Shown piece after piece: positions 33,439 through 46,800 of a stretch of DNA of 64,000 bases (positions within the stretch are counted from its first letter, which is position 1; each line of letters starts with the position of its first letter). Under the pieces are notes generated by a model. The model was given only the letters and a program-made list of their open reading frames with translations. It did no database searches and was not told the origin of the DNA. Location: NCBI RefSeq assembly GCF_028641065.1, contig NC_073400.1, positions 19,158,001 to 19,222,000 on the forward strand, in the 5' to 3' direction. Source of the DNA: Leucoraja erinacea. Its lineage: Eukaryota. A program made the position numbers and the translations under genes.

Positions 33439-36400
33439 GCTGTGAGGGCGGAACGTGAGGATGTTTCCCTGATTGCATCGTCCGTGGCAACGGCTCACTG
33501 GAACCAGGAAACTGACAAAGGATTAAAACTTGCTCAGGGACAGGGTGTGAGTGTACTTCATGTGTAGGAATTTAGGGTTGAGGGTTGGTGTAGGGTTCTA
33601 GGCTTAGGGGGTGGAGATTTAGTGGTTGCGAGTTGGTGGCTGTTCTAGGCTTGGGGTAAAGGTTTAAGGGTTGGGCGCTTTGCCAGGATTTAGGGTGAAA
33701 GGGTGTTGGCAATGCCAGGGTATAGGGTTTGAAGATTGGCAGTGCCAGGATATAGGGTTTGAAGATTGACAGTGCCAGGATATTGGGTTTAAAGATTGGC
33801 AATGCCGGGGTTTAGGGGTTCGAGGCTGGCTCAGGGGCTAGAGGTGAAGAGTTGATCCCAGTTTCACGTTTGGGAGAGATCACCTTCCGTTTAAAGATGA
33901 AACACACGAGTCTGCAGATGCTGGAATCTGGAGCAAGGCGTGACCTGCTGGAGGAAGGCAGCGAGAGGAGATGCAGTTTCCCAACGGGAGCGTCAGTGTT
34001 TATGAATGGAGGGGTTGGTGATGGGGAGTGGGTGAGAGCTCACAGGCGGGTGGGGGTGAGGCTCAGGCCATAGATGTGGCGTCTTTGAACGGTGGGATAG
34101 GTTGGGGCTGAGTGGCCTCCTGCGGATAATACTGGCGCCAGAACGAATGGAGGATGGTCGGCAGTGCAGCGCAGACGGAGAGCATTCTCCGACGTCGCCG
34201 GCATCACTGTTAGACAGGACGGCGATCGCTCGGGTGGGGTTGGGGGGGAGTGGGGGCTTTCTGCACCTGGTGGTGCGCGGCTGAAATAAACGCGAGCTTA
34301 GGATGTTAATAAAAACCGAACATTGTGTGCAAACACCCATGGTTTCGACTTATCTCGTCGTTTAACAGGTTGGAGGGAGGGGACTGGTAAGAGGAGAGGG
34401 AGGGAGTGAAGCTGAAAGAGGGAGAGAGAAAAAAAGTAAGAATGTCAGGGAAAGTGAAGGGGGAGGGCAGAGCAAGTGTGAGTGAAAGGAGCGTCAGTGA
34501 AGGAGAAGTGTAGTGAGCGAGGGAGAGTGAGAGTCGGAGAAAAAGCGAAAGCGAGTGACAACGTGAGGGGGAGAGAGGGGCCGCATTTAGAGTATAATAT
34601 TCAGCTTTTGCCACTCTGTTATATGAAGTATGCCATTAAACTGGAAAGGGCGCAGAGAAGATTTACGAGGGTGTTGCCAGGTCTCAAGGTCCTGATCTAC
34701 AGGGAGATGTTGTGCAGAATTGGATTTTATCCTTTGGAGCGCGCGGATGAAGGATGATGTTATAGAGGTGTATAAGATAACGAGGGGAATAGATGGGATG
34801 AATGCAGAGTATTTTACTCAGAATAGGGGAATGAAGAACCAGAGGACACAGGTTTCAGGCGAGGGGGGGAAATGTTAATAGGAACCTGAGGGGAAACGTG
34901 TTCACACAGAGGGTGAATGATATATGGTATAAGCAGCCAGAGGAGGTAGTTGGGATAGACATGGACAGGTACAGGGATAGTAAGGGATGAGAGTGGGGGT
35001 AAATGGGATTAGTTTAGATGGGGTGCCTTGGTGGCATGGATGAGTTGGGCTGAAGGGCCTGTTTTGGTGCTGAGATTCTATGGCTCTGAGAGAGAGGGAT
35101 GGAGAGTGAGAACTAATGGGAAAGAGCGAGACGGAATGAGAGAAAGGACACGGGAGGTAGAGTGCATTGATGAGGTAGTGATAAAGGGGAGAGAGGAGGA
35201 GGGAGAAAGAATGAGAATGCTCAACTGGGGTAAGGCCAACTTTGAGGGTATGAGAGAAGGTGTCGATCAAGTTGACTGGTGCAGGTTATTAGAAGGGAAA
35301 GGAACATCGGCCAAGTGGGATGTTTTTAAAAGTGTACTGAAGAAAGCTCAGGCTGTGTACGTCCCTGCTAGAGTGAAGAGCAAATTGCATGTAAATAGAT
35401 TTTATTTATTGAAATCATATTCCATGTCGCTCTTCCAGGCAGATGCTAACTGCATTTCGTTGTCTCTGTACTGTACACTGACAATGACAATTAAAGTTGA
35501 ATCTGAATCTGAATCTGAATCTGAATCTGAATTAAAGCAGGCAAACGTAAGGAAGCTTGGCTGATGATGGAAATTGAGACGTTAGTGAAAAACAAGGAGT
35601 TGAGGGAGCATCACCTGATATTATGCCTCTGCCAGAAGAATTTCGGCGGGTGGCACAGTCCCACCATGCCGGTCTCCTCTCCCTTGACTCCCGGCCACTG
35701 ACTGAGGCGTTTTCTCCTGGCAGGTGAGAGTTAGCTCTGATTGATGGGCCGAAGGGCCTGCTTGCCTGCTGTAGCACAATGTGGCCCACTGACCACCTCA
35801 GTCCCTCCAGCACCGTCAGCTTTGCATTGGACTCAGGAAGAGGTCCCCTCAGTCCAAGGTCTTCCTTCGCCAATGGGAACAATGGGACCCTGGACCATGC
35901 CCATTCCCCGGGCGCGGCAACCAGTCACAACGCAAAACACTCCGACCTTCTCCTGCCTCCTCTGATCAGATCGAACCAACCTCCGCTCCATGTCTGCCAA
36001 TCTATTATAGAGTCATTCAACATGGAAACAGGCCCTTCAGCCCAACTTGCCCACACCGACCAACATGTCCCATCTACACTTGTCTCACCTGCCTGCATCT
36101 GACCCATATACCTCTAAACCTGGCCTGTCCATGTTCCTGTCTAAATATTTCTTAAAACATTGCAATAGTACCTGCCTCGTCTACCTCTTCCGGCAGCCCG
36201 TTCTATACACCCTCCACACTTTTTGTAAAAAAAAAAAATCACCCCTCACGCCCTATTAAGTCTCTCCCTCCACCCCCTCACCTGTGTCTCCTGGTTCTCA
36301 ATCCCACTACTTTGGACTTTCGAGACCCGATCTACTGCTCTCGTGAATTTGTACACCAAAGACTTGTTTCAGCCCCTCAAGTCCTGCCAACTTCCTCGTA

Positions 36401-37990
36401 AATCTTCTCTGAACCCTTTCCAGCTCAACAACATTTTCCCCATAACATGGTGCCCGAAACTCAACACGATGCTCTAAACATGGCCTCACCAATGTCTTAT
36501 TTAACTGCAACATGACCTCCCCACTTCTATACGCAATATTTTGAAGAAGGAACTGCAGATGCTAGAAAATCGAAGGTAGACAAAAATGCTGGAGGAACTC
36601 AGCGGTTGAGGCAGCATCTATGGAGCGAAGGAAATAGGATACGTTTCGGGTCGAATAAGGGTTTGAAGAAGGGTTTCGACCCAAAATGTTGCCTATTTCC
36701 TTTCTTGACCCTATCAACCTGTGATGCCACTTTCAAGGAACTACTGCATGTACCTGCACTCCTGGATCCCTCTGCTCTACAATACTCCCCAGAGGCCTAC
36801 CATCCACTGTGCAGATCCAGCCTATGGGGGGTAAATGTTTGTGTCCGGTGACTGAGCGCTCTGAACCAAATGCTCTAGTATCTTTGCTCTGAAGCCGAGC
36901 ACTGTATAAGCGGCCGAAGGAGCGCATCCCCCGGGACAGCCCGCACTCTCCACCCCGGGGTCAGCGCTGTCCGGCCACAGCCATCCACCACTCACCCTCC
37001 CCCTGTTCGGCCGCACTGTCACGGGCTGTAGGTCGGCAGCGCCCACACATTGGGCCGGGTGGAGCTGGACCGCGGACACACGGGAACGAAAACCCGGCAA
37101 TGTCCCCGTCAGCTGCAGCAGAGTTGGGGGACAGTCTGGTCCCTCAGCCCACCCAGTCACTGACCGTGCTGCACCGGCACTGGCACCCCGACCCCTACAC
37201 CGGCACCCTGACCCCCCCCCCCCCCCCCCCTGTTCGGCCGCGGGGACAGACGGCCGAGGTCCGCGAGTGTGGAACAATCAGCCTGGAGTCCGGAGCTGGG
37301 CAGAAGATGGGCCTGCTGTACTGGCAACCATAATAAGCGCTTACCTGACGTTCACCGTTTGTGCTCCAGAAGGCGTTGTATGGCAACAGTACGGGTCACG
37401 GGTTGTGACCTCGACTGCCGTGCAACCTCCCTATTAAATTCCATCAACAATTCTGGAAACATCAGGCCTATCGATCAAGACCCTGCTGCAAGTTTTTTTA
37501 TATCCATCTTAAATATCTACAATATCACCCACCTTTTGAGTCATCTGCAAACGTTTGTGCAAGAGCACTTGGACGATTCAACTTCTGCCATACTTGTGTG
37601 GTCATCTTATGACAATGAGACTGGGGTGGGTAGGGGCAGTCAACGCTTCACGTCAGTACTCTGCACTAACTCCAAGAGTGGAGGAGGGGAGCGCGGGAGT
37701 GGGAGGGGGGAGTGTGCGGTGGGAGGGGGGGGGAGTGGGATGGGGGGTGGTGGGGGAGCGTGGGAAGATGGGAATGGGGAGTGTGGGGGGGGGGGGGGGG
37801 GGGGGGGGGAGCAGGAGGAGGTGCGGATTGGAAGGTGGGAAGTGGAACCAGATGAGGGACGAGGAAGTGAAGGGCAGATGGAAGCAGACTGGTGAGAGGG
37901 GAGGGGGGGGTGGAGCAGAACGTGAGCACAGGGAGAGAACTGCGGGGTAGAGCAGTGGGAGCAGGAAAATAACACAAGGAACGCGGGTGG

Positions 37991-38027
<37 letters not shown>

Positions 38028-38974
38028 ACCCACCCCGCATTCCGGAAAGCCCAGAGTTATGCCCCTCCTGGTCACGCGTGGGACTGCAAGTGAAGGGATT
38101 TTGCGCAGAACGCAAATGCTGGAGTAACAGCGAGTCAGGCGGCATCTCTCGAGAACGTGGATAGGTGGCGTTTCTTCAGCCCGAAGATGGGGCCCGATCC
38201 GAATCGTCGCCGAACTACGTCCAGAGACGCTGTCTGACCCGCTCAGTTACTCCAGCGCTCTGTGATCATCTCCCACCAGACTCCACTCATTACCTCCTTC
38301 CCCCTTCTCTCTATCCCGACTCATTCCTTCCTATCTCGACTCCTCCTCTTTTATAGCTTCGCTATAAGATCTTTGCCCTAGACCCACTGTATCCCTCCCT
38401 CTCTCTACCCCGACTCCTCCCCTCTCTGTCCCAACCCCCGCCCTCTCATTATCCCAAATCTCCCATGCCCCTCCTCATGCGCGTATATACATATATATAT
38501 ACATACACACACATACATATATTTGATCTGTATATATGTGAGTATACACATACTGAACTTTTTTTTCTCGTCTATTATTTTGTACTATGTTTATATATCC
38601 GGTTGTGGTGCTGCAAGTAACTTGTGACAATAAAACACTGTCTGAAGAAGGGTCTCGATCCAAAACGTCGCCCATTCTTTCTCTCCATAGATGCTGCCTC
38701 ACTCCCTGAGTTACTCCAGCTTTTATTTGTGTCTACTTTCGATTTTTCCAGCATCTGCGGCCAAAGATCATCTCTGTCTGCAGCTAAGATGCTGGAGCAA
38801 GAGGTTCCTTCTAAAACATCCAATCAGCTGGGAGATTCCAACGTTCTCTTTGTTGAGCCACCAATCAATCCAGGCCGACGTCATTTGTTGATGGGCTGAG
38901 AGCCAATCAGCAGCAAGCGTTGACCGGTGCCTTGGCCAACAGAGACCAATCCGCTTGGGTCTTGCGGTTGATCA

Positions 38975-40050
38975 TACAATCAGCTACACTTCTTCCCACC
39001 CTGCTTCCTGTAAGGACCCCATCCCCTACTCCCAATTCCTCCGTCTACGCCGCATCTGCTCCCAGGATGAGGTGTTCCGCACCAGGGTATTGGAGATGTC
39101 CTCATTCTTCAGGGAACAGGAGTTCCCCTCTTCTACAATAGATGTGGCTCTCACCAGGGTCTCTTCTATACCCCGCGACTCTGCTCTCACTCCCCATCCC
39201 CCCCACTCGCAACAAGGGCCGAGTCCCCCTTGTCCTCACCTTCCACCCTACCAGCCGTCATGTACAACAAATAATCCTCCGTCATATTCACCACCTCCAA
39301 CGTGACCCCACCACTCGCCACATCTTCCCATCTCCTCCCCTGTTTGCTTTCCGCAGAGACCGCTCCCTCCGTAACTCCCTGGTCAATTTGTCCCTTCCTT
39401 CCCAAACCACCCCCTCTCCGGGCACTTTCCCTTACAACCGCAAGAAATGCTACACTTGTTGCTTTACCTCCCCCCTTGGCTCCATTCAAGGCCCCAAGCA
39501 GTCTTTCCAGGTGCAGCAGAGGTTCACCTGCACCTCCCCCGACCTCATCTATTACATCCGCTGCTCTAGATGTCAGCTGCTCTACATCGGTGAGACCAAG
39601 CGTAGGCTTGGCGATCGCTTTGCCAAACGCCTCTGCTCGGTTTGCAATAACCAACCTGATCTCCCGGTGGCTCAGCACTTCAACTCCCCCTCCCATTCTG
39701 AATCCGACCTTTCTGTCCTCGGCCTCCTCCATGGCCAGAGTGAGGACCACCGTAAATTGGAGGAGCAGCACCTCATATCTCGCTTTGGCAGTTTGCACCC
39801 CAGCGGTACATTGACTTCTCCAATTTCAGGTAGTCCCTACTTTCTCCTCCCCTTCTCAGCTCTCCCTCAGCCCACGGGTTCCTTCTCTTCCTTTCTTCCT
39901 CCCACCTCACCCTCACATCAGTCTGAAGAGGGGTTTCAGCCCGAAATGTTGCCTATTTTCTTCGCTCCATAGATGCTGCCTCACCCACTGAGTTTCTCCA
40001 GCATTTTTGTCTACCTTTGATTATCTAGCATCTGCAGTTCCTTCTTAAAG
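38975..40050 (+). mobile_element. Penelope-like retroelement, duplicated copy
   Basis: Same motifs as 29615-30700. Confidence 0.9.
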
Positions 40051-40065
40051 ATCTAATCACAACCA

Positions 40066-40410
40066 AATTCTTAAGGGGTTGGACAGGCTAGATGCAGGAA
40101 GATTATTCCCGATGTTGGGGAAGTCCAGAACAAGGGGTCACAGTTTAAGGATAAGGGGGAAGTCTTTCCGGACCGAGAATGGAAAAAATCATTTTTTACA
40201 CAGAGTGGTGAATCTGTGAAAATCTCTGCCAGAGAAGGTAGTTGAGAACAGTTTATTGGCTATATTTAAGAGGCTCAAGGGATCAAGTGTATGGAGAGAA
40301 GGCAGGTACAGGATACTGAGTTGGATGATCAGCCATGATCATTTTGAATGGCGGTGCAGGCTCGAAGGGGCGAATGGCCTACTCCTGCACCTATTGTCTA
40401 TGTTTCTATG
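40066..40410 (+). mobile_element. CR1 3' end at the right boundary of the duplication
   Basis: CR1 terminal motif and (tttctatg)n tail. Confidence 0.9.
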
Positions 40411-40424
40411 TTTCTAAGTTTTTG

Positions 40425-40755
40425 TAGACCGGAACCAATCAGCTGCTGGATCTGCCCCGCCGCAGCTGTCCAATCACAGCCTTTCTCCACTGACGGTCGG
40501 CGCTTGGCCAGCTAATCATCGTCGAGCTGCTACTTCTGGCGAATCACAGCCTCCCCCTCCCGCAGAGCGGCAGCTCTAGCGGCCAATTGACCGAGTCCTG
40601 TGGGAGGCCGACCAATGGGAAGCAGGCAGGAAGTGTAGGCAGCCAATGGGACAGGGGTTACCTGGGCAGGTGAGGGCGGGGCTTGGGTCAGGTGTGGCCG
40701 CGAGGGGGACGTTGCCCTCATTGGCGCCGCGTCCTTGTCTGCTGCCTGCAACAAG
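40425..40755 (+). promoter_or_regulatory. F11R proximal promoter: multiple CCAAT boxes, Ets site, GC box
   Basis: CCAAT at ~40435, 40470, 40583, 40612, 40643 and ATTGG ~40720; caggaagtg ~40627; gggcggggc ~40674. CpG-rich and directly 5' of the ATG. Confidence 0.7.
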
Positions 40756-40801
40756 ATGGCTTCCCCTTGGCTTGTTTTGCTGGTTCTCCTGGGGGGACAA
40801 G
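40756..40801 (+). CDS. F11R: F11R exon 1 (signal peptide MASPWLVLLVLLGGQ)
   Basis: Kozak aagATGg; donor gtgagt; phase 1. Confidence 0.85.
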
Positions 40802-43800
40802 GTGAGTTCCTGCTGAGTCCTAGGTACACAAAAAAGCTGGAGAAACTCCATAGATTTCGTTGTCTCTGTACTGTACACTGACAATGATAATTAAAATTGA
40901 ATCTGAATCTGAATAGATGCTGCTGCACCCGCTGAGTTTCTCCAGCTTTTTTGTGTACCTTCGATTTTCCAGCATCTGCAGTTCCTCCTTAAACTCCTGC
41001 TGAGGCCTACTGGGACCAGGAACTGTGAGGTAAAGGGTGGGGATGTTGGGGTTTGGGGTTTGTACTGGGTTCAGGGGCTATGGGGTGAAGAAGTTTGTAC
41101 TGGGATCAAGGGCTGAGTTTTGGGCTGTGGGATGCACGGGTTAGTATTGGGCTGTGGGGATTGAGTCTCAGGGACATTAGGAAGTGGGACGGTGACCCCT
41201 TCGTATGGGTTTCGTTTCAGTCTGGTTTCTGTAACCGCCGTGGATTGCAGGAAGTGTGCGCGTTGGGAAGTCGGCAGCGGCTCCAGTTTCGGTGAAACGA
41301 TGACACAGTGGGGTTCCTGGTTCCTCGGGGGGGAAGGCGGGCAGGACAAGGGTGGAGCGACAACGCTCGACAACAGTTCTCACACCGGGCTTAAGGCGAG
41401 TGCGAGATTGCCGGCAGGGAGATTCGGCCAATCTCCCACCACCAACCCAACCCCCTCTCCGAAACCAACTCGCTCTCCCTTTGTGCACCTAGCACTTTCT
41501 ATCCGAGCCCTACCCTCCCCCATTCCCGTCCTCCTCTTCCGGTCTCTCTCCTCTCCTGCTCTCCCCCTCTCCATCTCTCTCCCACCCCCTTCCCCTCTCT
41601 ATCTCTCCGCCCCCTCCCTCTCTCCTTCCTCTCTTTCTCCTTCCTCTACCACTCTCTCCGTCTACTTCCTCTACCTCTCCCTTCTCTCCCTCCTCTCCCT
41701 CTCCTTAACTCTCCTTCTCTGTGTCTCCCCTTCCCCTCTCTCTCTCTCCCCATCCCTCACCCTTTCCTCACTCTCTCCTCCCCTCTCTATCACCCTCTTC
41801 CTCTCGCTCTCCTTCTCTCTCCCTCCACTCTCTTTCTCCTTCCACCCTCTCTCTTTCTCCCTCCGCCTCTCCCCATCGCTCTCTGCCCCTTCTCTCATTC
41901 TTTCCATCCCCCTCACTCTCCTACCCATCTTTCTCTCACTCTCTCCATCCTTCCTCTATCAAATCCACATCCCCCTCTCTCTCGTACCATGTCTGTCCCT
42001 CACCCCGTTAGTCAGTCATCTGCTACTCTGACTCGAGTTTACAATTCTGATATCCCTTGTTTACCAAAGTTCAATGCCAATCATTCCATGTTATCAATGT
42101 ACAACACTAGTAGATTAAAACACAATGTGTGTAAATATTAACTGTAGGTTATTTCTGACCACATTTGTTACAGTGACAGGTTTGCAGTAATTAAAAACTG
42201 CTTGCTCCCAGTTTGTGGGCGAAGGCCGATTGCTGTGGCTGGGGCAGCAGGCTGGGGCCCTATCTATGTGTTAGTGGGTCAGGGCCTGTGGCTGAGGCAG
42301 CAGCCTGCAGCCCGGTCTAATCCGCGCTGGGCTGTGAGGCTGAGCGCCATCTTCCCAAGCAGCAGGCATCATTCTTGTGGGATAGCAGGACCGTGACGAC
42401 CCCTCATTGAGGCCAGTTGCATCCAGGGGCGACCGTGTGATGTCCCCCCTTGACTCCTCCAGCCCTGGGGTCTCACCCCTACAGAGCTGGTGGGTGCACC
42501 GGTTTACTTTAGAGTTTCAGCGTGGAAACAGGCCCTGCGACCCACCGAGTCTGCGCCGACCAGCACTGTTTTACACCTTAGGGACAATTTTCAATTTTAC
42601 TGACACCTATTAACCTATAAACCTGCACGTCTTTGGAGCGTGGGTGGAAACCGGAGCAGCCGGAGAAAACCCACGCGGAGATCGTACAAACTCCGTGCAG
42701 ATAGCACCCATAGTCAGGATCGAACCTGGGTCTCTGGCACTGTGAGGGTGCAACTCTACCACTGTGCAATGAGAGGGCATCAATGAGGTGTGGGCGAGCG
42801 CCTGGTCAACGCGGGTCAGTCCTCCCAAAACACCGCTCAGCTCAGCCCCCATCCCCCCCCCCGTCCCACCACTGCCCCCCTCCCGTCATTGGTCATCCCC
42901 CCACCGTCACATCCCACAACACCCCCCCCCCACTGGTCCTCCCACACCATCACTGGTCCTCCCATGGGACCCACACAGCCCCTCCACCCCTCACTGGTCC
43001 TCCCCCTGGTTAAACACCCTGGTTAATTCATCCCTTCGCATCCAAACCACCCCCTCCCCAGGTACTTTCCCCGGCAACCACAGAGGATGCAACACCTGTC
43101 CCGATACCTACTCCGTCCAAGGACCCCTCTCTCTGACTATCAGTCCGAAGAAGGGTCTCAAACCGAAACGTCACCCATTCCTTTTCTCCGTAAATGCTGC
43201 TTGTCCCACTGAATCACTCCAGCATTTTGTGTCTATCTTCCGTGTAAACCAGTATTTGCAGTTCCTTCCTGCACGTTTCATCCGCTGGAGGAACTCAGTG
43301 GGCAGGGTCCCGACCTGAAATTTCATCTGTCCATTTCCCTCCATCCACGCTACCTGGACCGCTGTTCCTCCAGCACGTTGTTTCTTGTTCCAGATTCCAG
43401 CATCTGCAGTCTTTTGAGTGTCCAGACTCTTCGCTCTTGCATCTCTCAGTACCTGCAATGTCCGTGTAAATGTTTTCCACACCCTCTCTAGCTTAATCAC
43501 ACTTAACCAGTTTATGCACTGATCAGAACTGCTCATATTAAACAGGGGTGTAATGCTGAGGCTCTATAAGGCACTGAGAAGGCCCGCATTTGGAATATTC
43601 TGAGCAATTTTGGGCACCATATCTGAGGAAGGAGAGGGTCCAGCGGAGGTTTAAAAGAATGATCTGGGGAATGACAATGATGACTAGGTTAACCTATGAT
43701 GAGCGGTTGTCGGCACTGGGCCTGTACTCGTTGGAGTTTACAAGAATGAAGGGGGGACCTCATTGTAACATAGAGAATAGTGAAAGGCTTGGATAGAGTG

Positions 43801-46800
43801 GACGTGGAGAGGATGTTTGCACTAGTGGGAGAGTCTAGGACTAGAGGTCATAGCCTCAGAATTAAAGGACGTTCTTTTAGGAAGGAGATGCGAAGGAATG
43901 TATTTAGTCAGAGTATGATGAATCTGTGGAATTAATTGCAGAAGGCTGTAGAGGCCAAGTCAGTGGATATTCTTAAAGCAGAGATAGATAGATTCTTGAT
44001 TAGTACAGGTGTCAGAGGTTATGGGGAGAAGGCAGGAGTAAGGAGTTTGGAGGGAGAGATAGATCAGCCATGATTGAATGGTGGAGTAGATTTGATGAGC
44101 CAAATTCTACTCCTATTCCTTATGAACCTTCTCTTCGAACTTGCCCGAGTTAAACTTCATCTGCCATACCTTTGCCCACAATCTAAATCCTTCTGTCACC
44201 TTAGACAGCCATCTTTGTTGTGCATCACCTCACACTAATAGTCATTCACAAAGTTGTTGAGGGTGCCACCTACATTCTTATACAAATCATTCATATAGAT
44301 GACAAGCAATAGTGGACCCAGCAGTGACCCCATGTGAATGCCTGTGGTCACAGGCCAATAGTCTGCGGCTGTTTACAACCCAGCGGTATGAATATTGATA
44401 TCTCTAACTTCAAGTAACCCTTGTTTTCCCTGGGTCCCTGCCCCTCCCCCAGCCTAGTTCTCTGACTCGTTTCACTGTCCTTCTGATTAATTTTACTGTG
44501 CGTGCCTCATTGTGACTTTCCCCTCAGCTAATGTAGAACCATTCTACATTTCCTTGATCACCGTCTGCTTTAATCTGTTGTTTTCACACCTTGCCCCTCC
44601 CTAGCTCTAGACTTCCTCTCCCCTGACTCTCAGTCTGATGAAGGATCTCGACCCGAAGCGTCAGCTATTCCTTCTTTCCAGAGATGCTGCCGGTCCCGCT
44701 GAGTTACTCCAGCACTTAGTGTCTGACTTTAATTACAAGAATAGTACATTCCACTGAGGCAATACACAAAGTGAGTCACCACTTTTCAACCACCATCTTG
44801 TATCTCTCAATTTCAAAGTTGTTAAAAATGTTTCTGAGTCTTCACCTGAAGTGTCCTGGTGGTGCCTCTGGGGTGGAGGGGCATGCTGGGCCTGACCAGG
44901 CAACATTGCCGAACCCCTGCCGTTATGTCGAATACACATACTCAGCCTGGCAGTGGCACCCGATCGAATCTAATCCCCGCGGGGGCTGCTGCAGGGTCTC
45001 CAACAGGCCACTCCATCAATGCAACAATGCGGGCACATCCACCCCCTTCAGCCTCTGTGCCTCGGGGCATCGCCCACGACCAACCTCAACACCCAGCGCC
45101 TCTCAGCCCACAGGAGGTGAGCTGCCAGCCCCCTCATCGACAGCACTCCCCTGCTGGGGTGTCAGTTTCAGTGGCCCAGTCCTGGGTTTCGGTGTGTGGG
45201 TGTGTGTGAGTGCGAGTGGGTAGGTGTGCAAATGGGTGTGTGTGTTAGTGGGAGGGTGAATTTTGTAAATGCCCAGTTAAAGCCATTAGATCTGTGGAAC
45301 TCGTTAACAGAGTACAGACTTGGTGACCTGTTTCCAAATGTTTGTGTTAGCTTAAGAATACTGTTAACAGTTCCAGCAACAGCAGCTTCTGCAGAGAGGT
45401 CATTTAGCAAACGCAAGCTGATTAAGAATTAATTAATGTCTCAGGAATGTCGTGTGGATTTGGCCAGGCTAAGTATTGAATCAAACATTGCCAGAACAAT
45501 AGATTTTCATGCTGTGATTCGAAATCTTTCACAAAAAAAGGACAGGAAAGCTCTTTATTTAAAGTAAATACTAAGCATATCTACCTTCTTTTAGATTTTA
45601 CTAATAATGATGTATTCTGATGATCTGATCTACATTGAAATATAAAGGGAAGTTCAATGTGAATTCTTTCTCCTTATCTGTATTGTAGGATAAACAAGGA
45701 TGTTCAAAACAAATGTGCTTCATTCTTTCTGATCCCTTTATTTATATTTATCATGGAGGGAAGTATAGGAGCATCAGGCCTCAAATGCAGAAAATCAGCA
45801 GAGCGCTCCATTCCACCCCTCTCTCATCTTCCTTTTTGCTTCTCGAGCTACAGCTCATGGCATCAAACTGTAGTGGATAAAAACAGGATGACTAGTGGAG
45901 AAGGGAAGGGGGCCCGAAAGAAACTTTGTACCCACTGATAAAATTCCTCGCAGAAGCCCTGGTCTGTCCGGTGCTCTGGGAGAGAGAGAGACGGGACAAT
46001 GACCAGAGATGTAAGAGGGTTGGCTTGCAGGGAAAGAGATTGTGAAATCGGAGTTGTGTGTCTGGTTTTGCAGAGAGCGAGGGACAGCGTGGGCGTGAGA
46101 TGTGGCTCCACAATAGTTAATGCTCACCTTAGTCTTGTGATCAGGAAATTCTTGTTCAGCTGCATTCCTGAGGGTGTGGCTTTCAGGGAGAGAGAAAGAG
46201 AGCAAGGGAGGGAGGGAGAGAGAGGGAGGGACTGAGAGGGGAGGAATATCACAGCATGAATCTTCTGTCAGCACATTCCCAGTCAGTGTACACGTATCCC
46301 TTTGTGTGAGAGAGAGAGAGGGAGACACCTGTCTGTGTCCCTCCGTAAGTCCCTGGTCAATTCGTCCCTTTCTACCCAAACCACCCCCTCCCCGGGTAAT
46401 TTCCCCTGAAACCGCTGGAAATGCTACACTTGTCACTTTACCTCCAGCTTCGACTCCATCCAAGAATCAGTCTTTCCAGGTGAGGCAGAGGTTCACCTGC
46501 ATCTCCTCCAGCCTCATCAACTGCATCCGCTGTTCCAGGCGCCAACTTCTCCACAATGGCAAGGCCAAGCGCAAGCTCGGCGATCGCTTCGCCCAACACC
46601 TCCACTCAGTTCGTATTAAGCAACCCGATCTCCCGGTTGCTCAGCACTTCAACTACCCTTCCCATTCCCAATCTGACTTTTCTGTCCTGGGCCTCATCCA
46701 TTGAGTGAGGCCCAGTGCAAATTGGAGAAACAGCACCTAATATTTCGGTTTGGTAGTTTACACCCCGGCGGTATGAACGTTGACTTCTCTAATTTTAGAT

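Larger units (their letters stand above)
31058..40410 (+). repeat. Tandem segmental duplication, copy 2 (A2 + unique 34366-36949 + B2)
   Basis: Matches copy 1 but retains ~2.6 kb and ~0.36 kb segments absent from copy 1. Confidence 0.92.
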
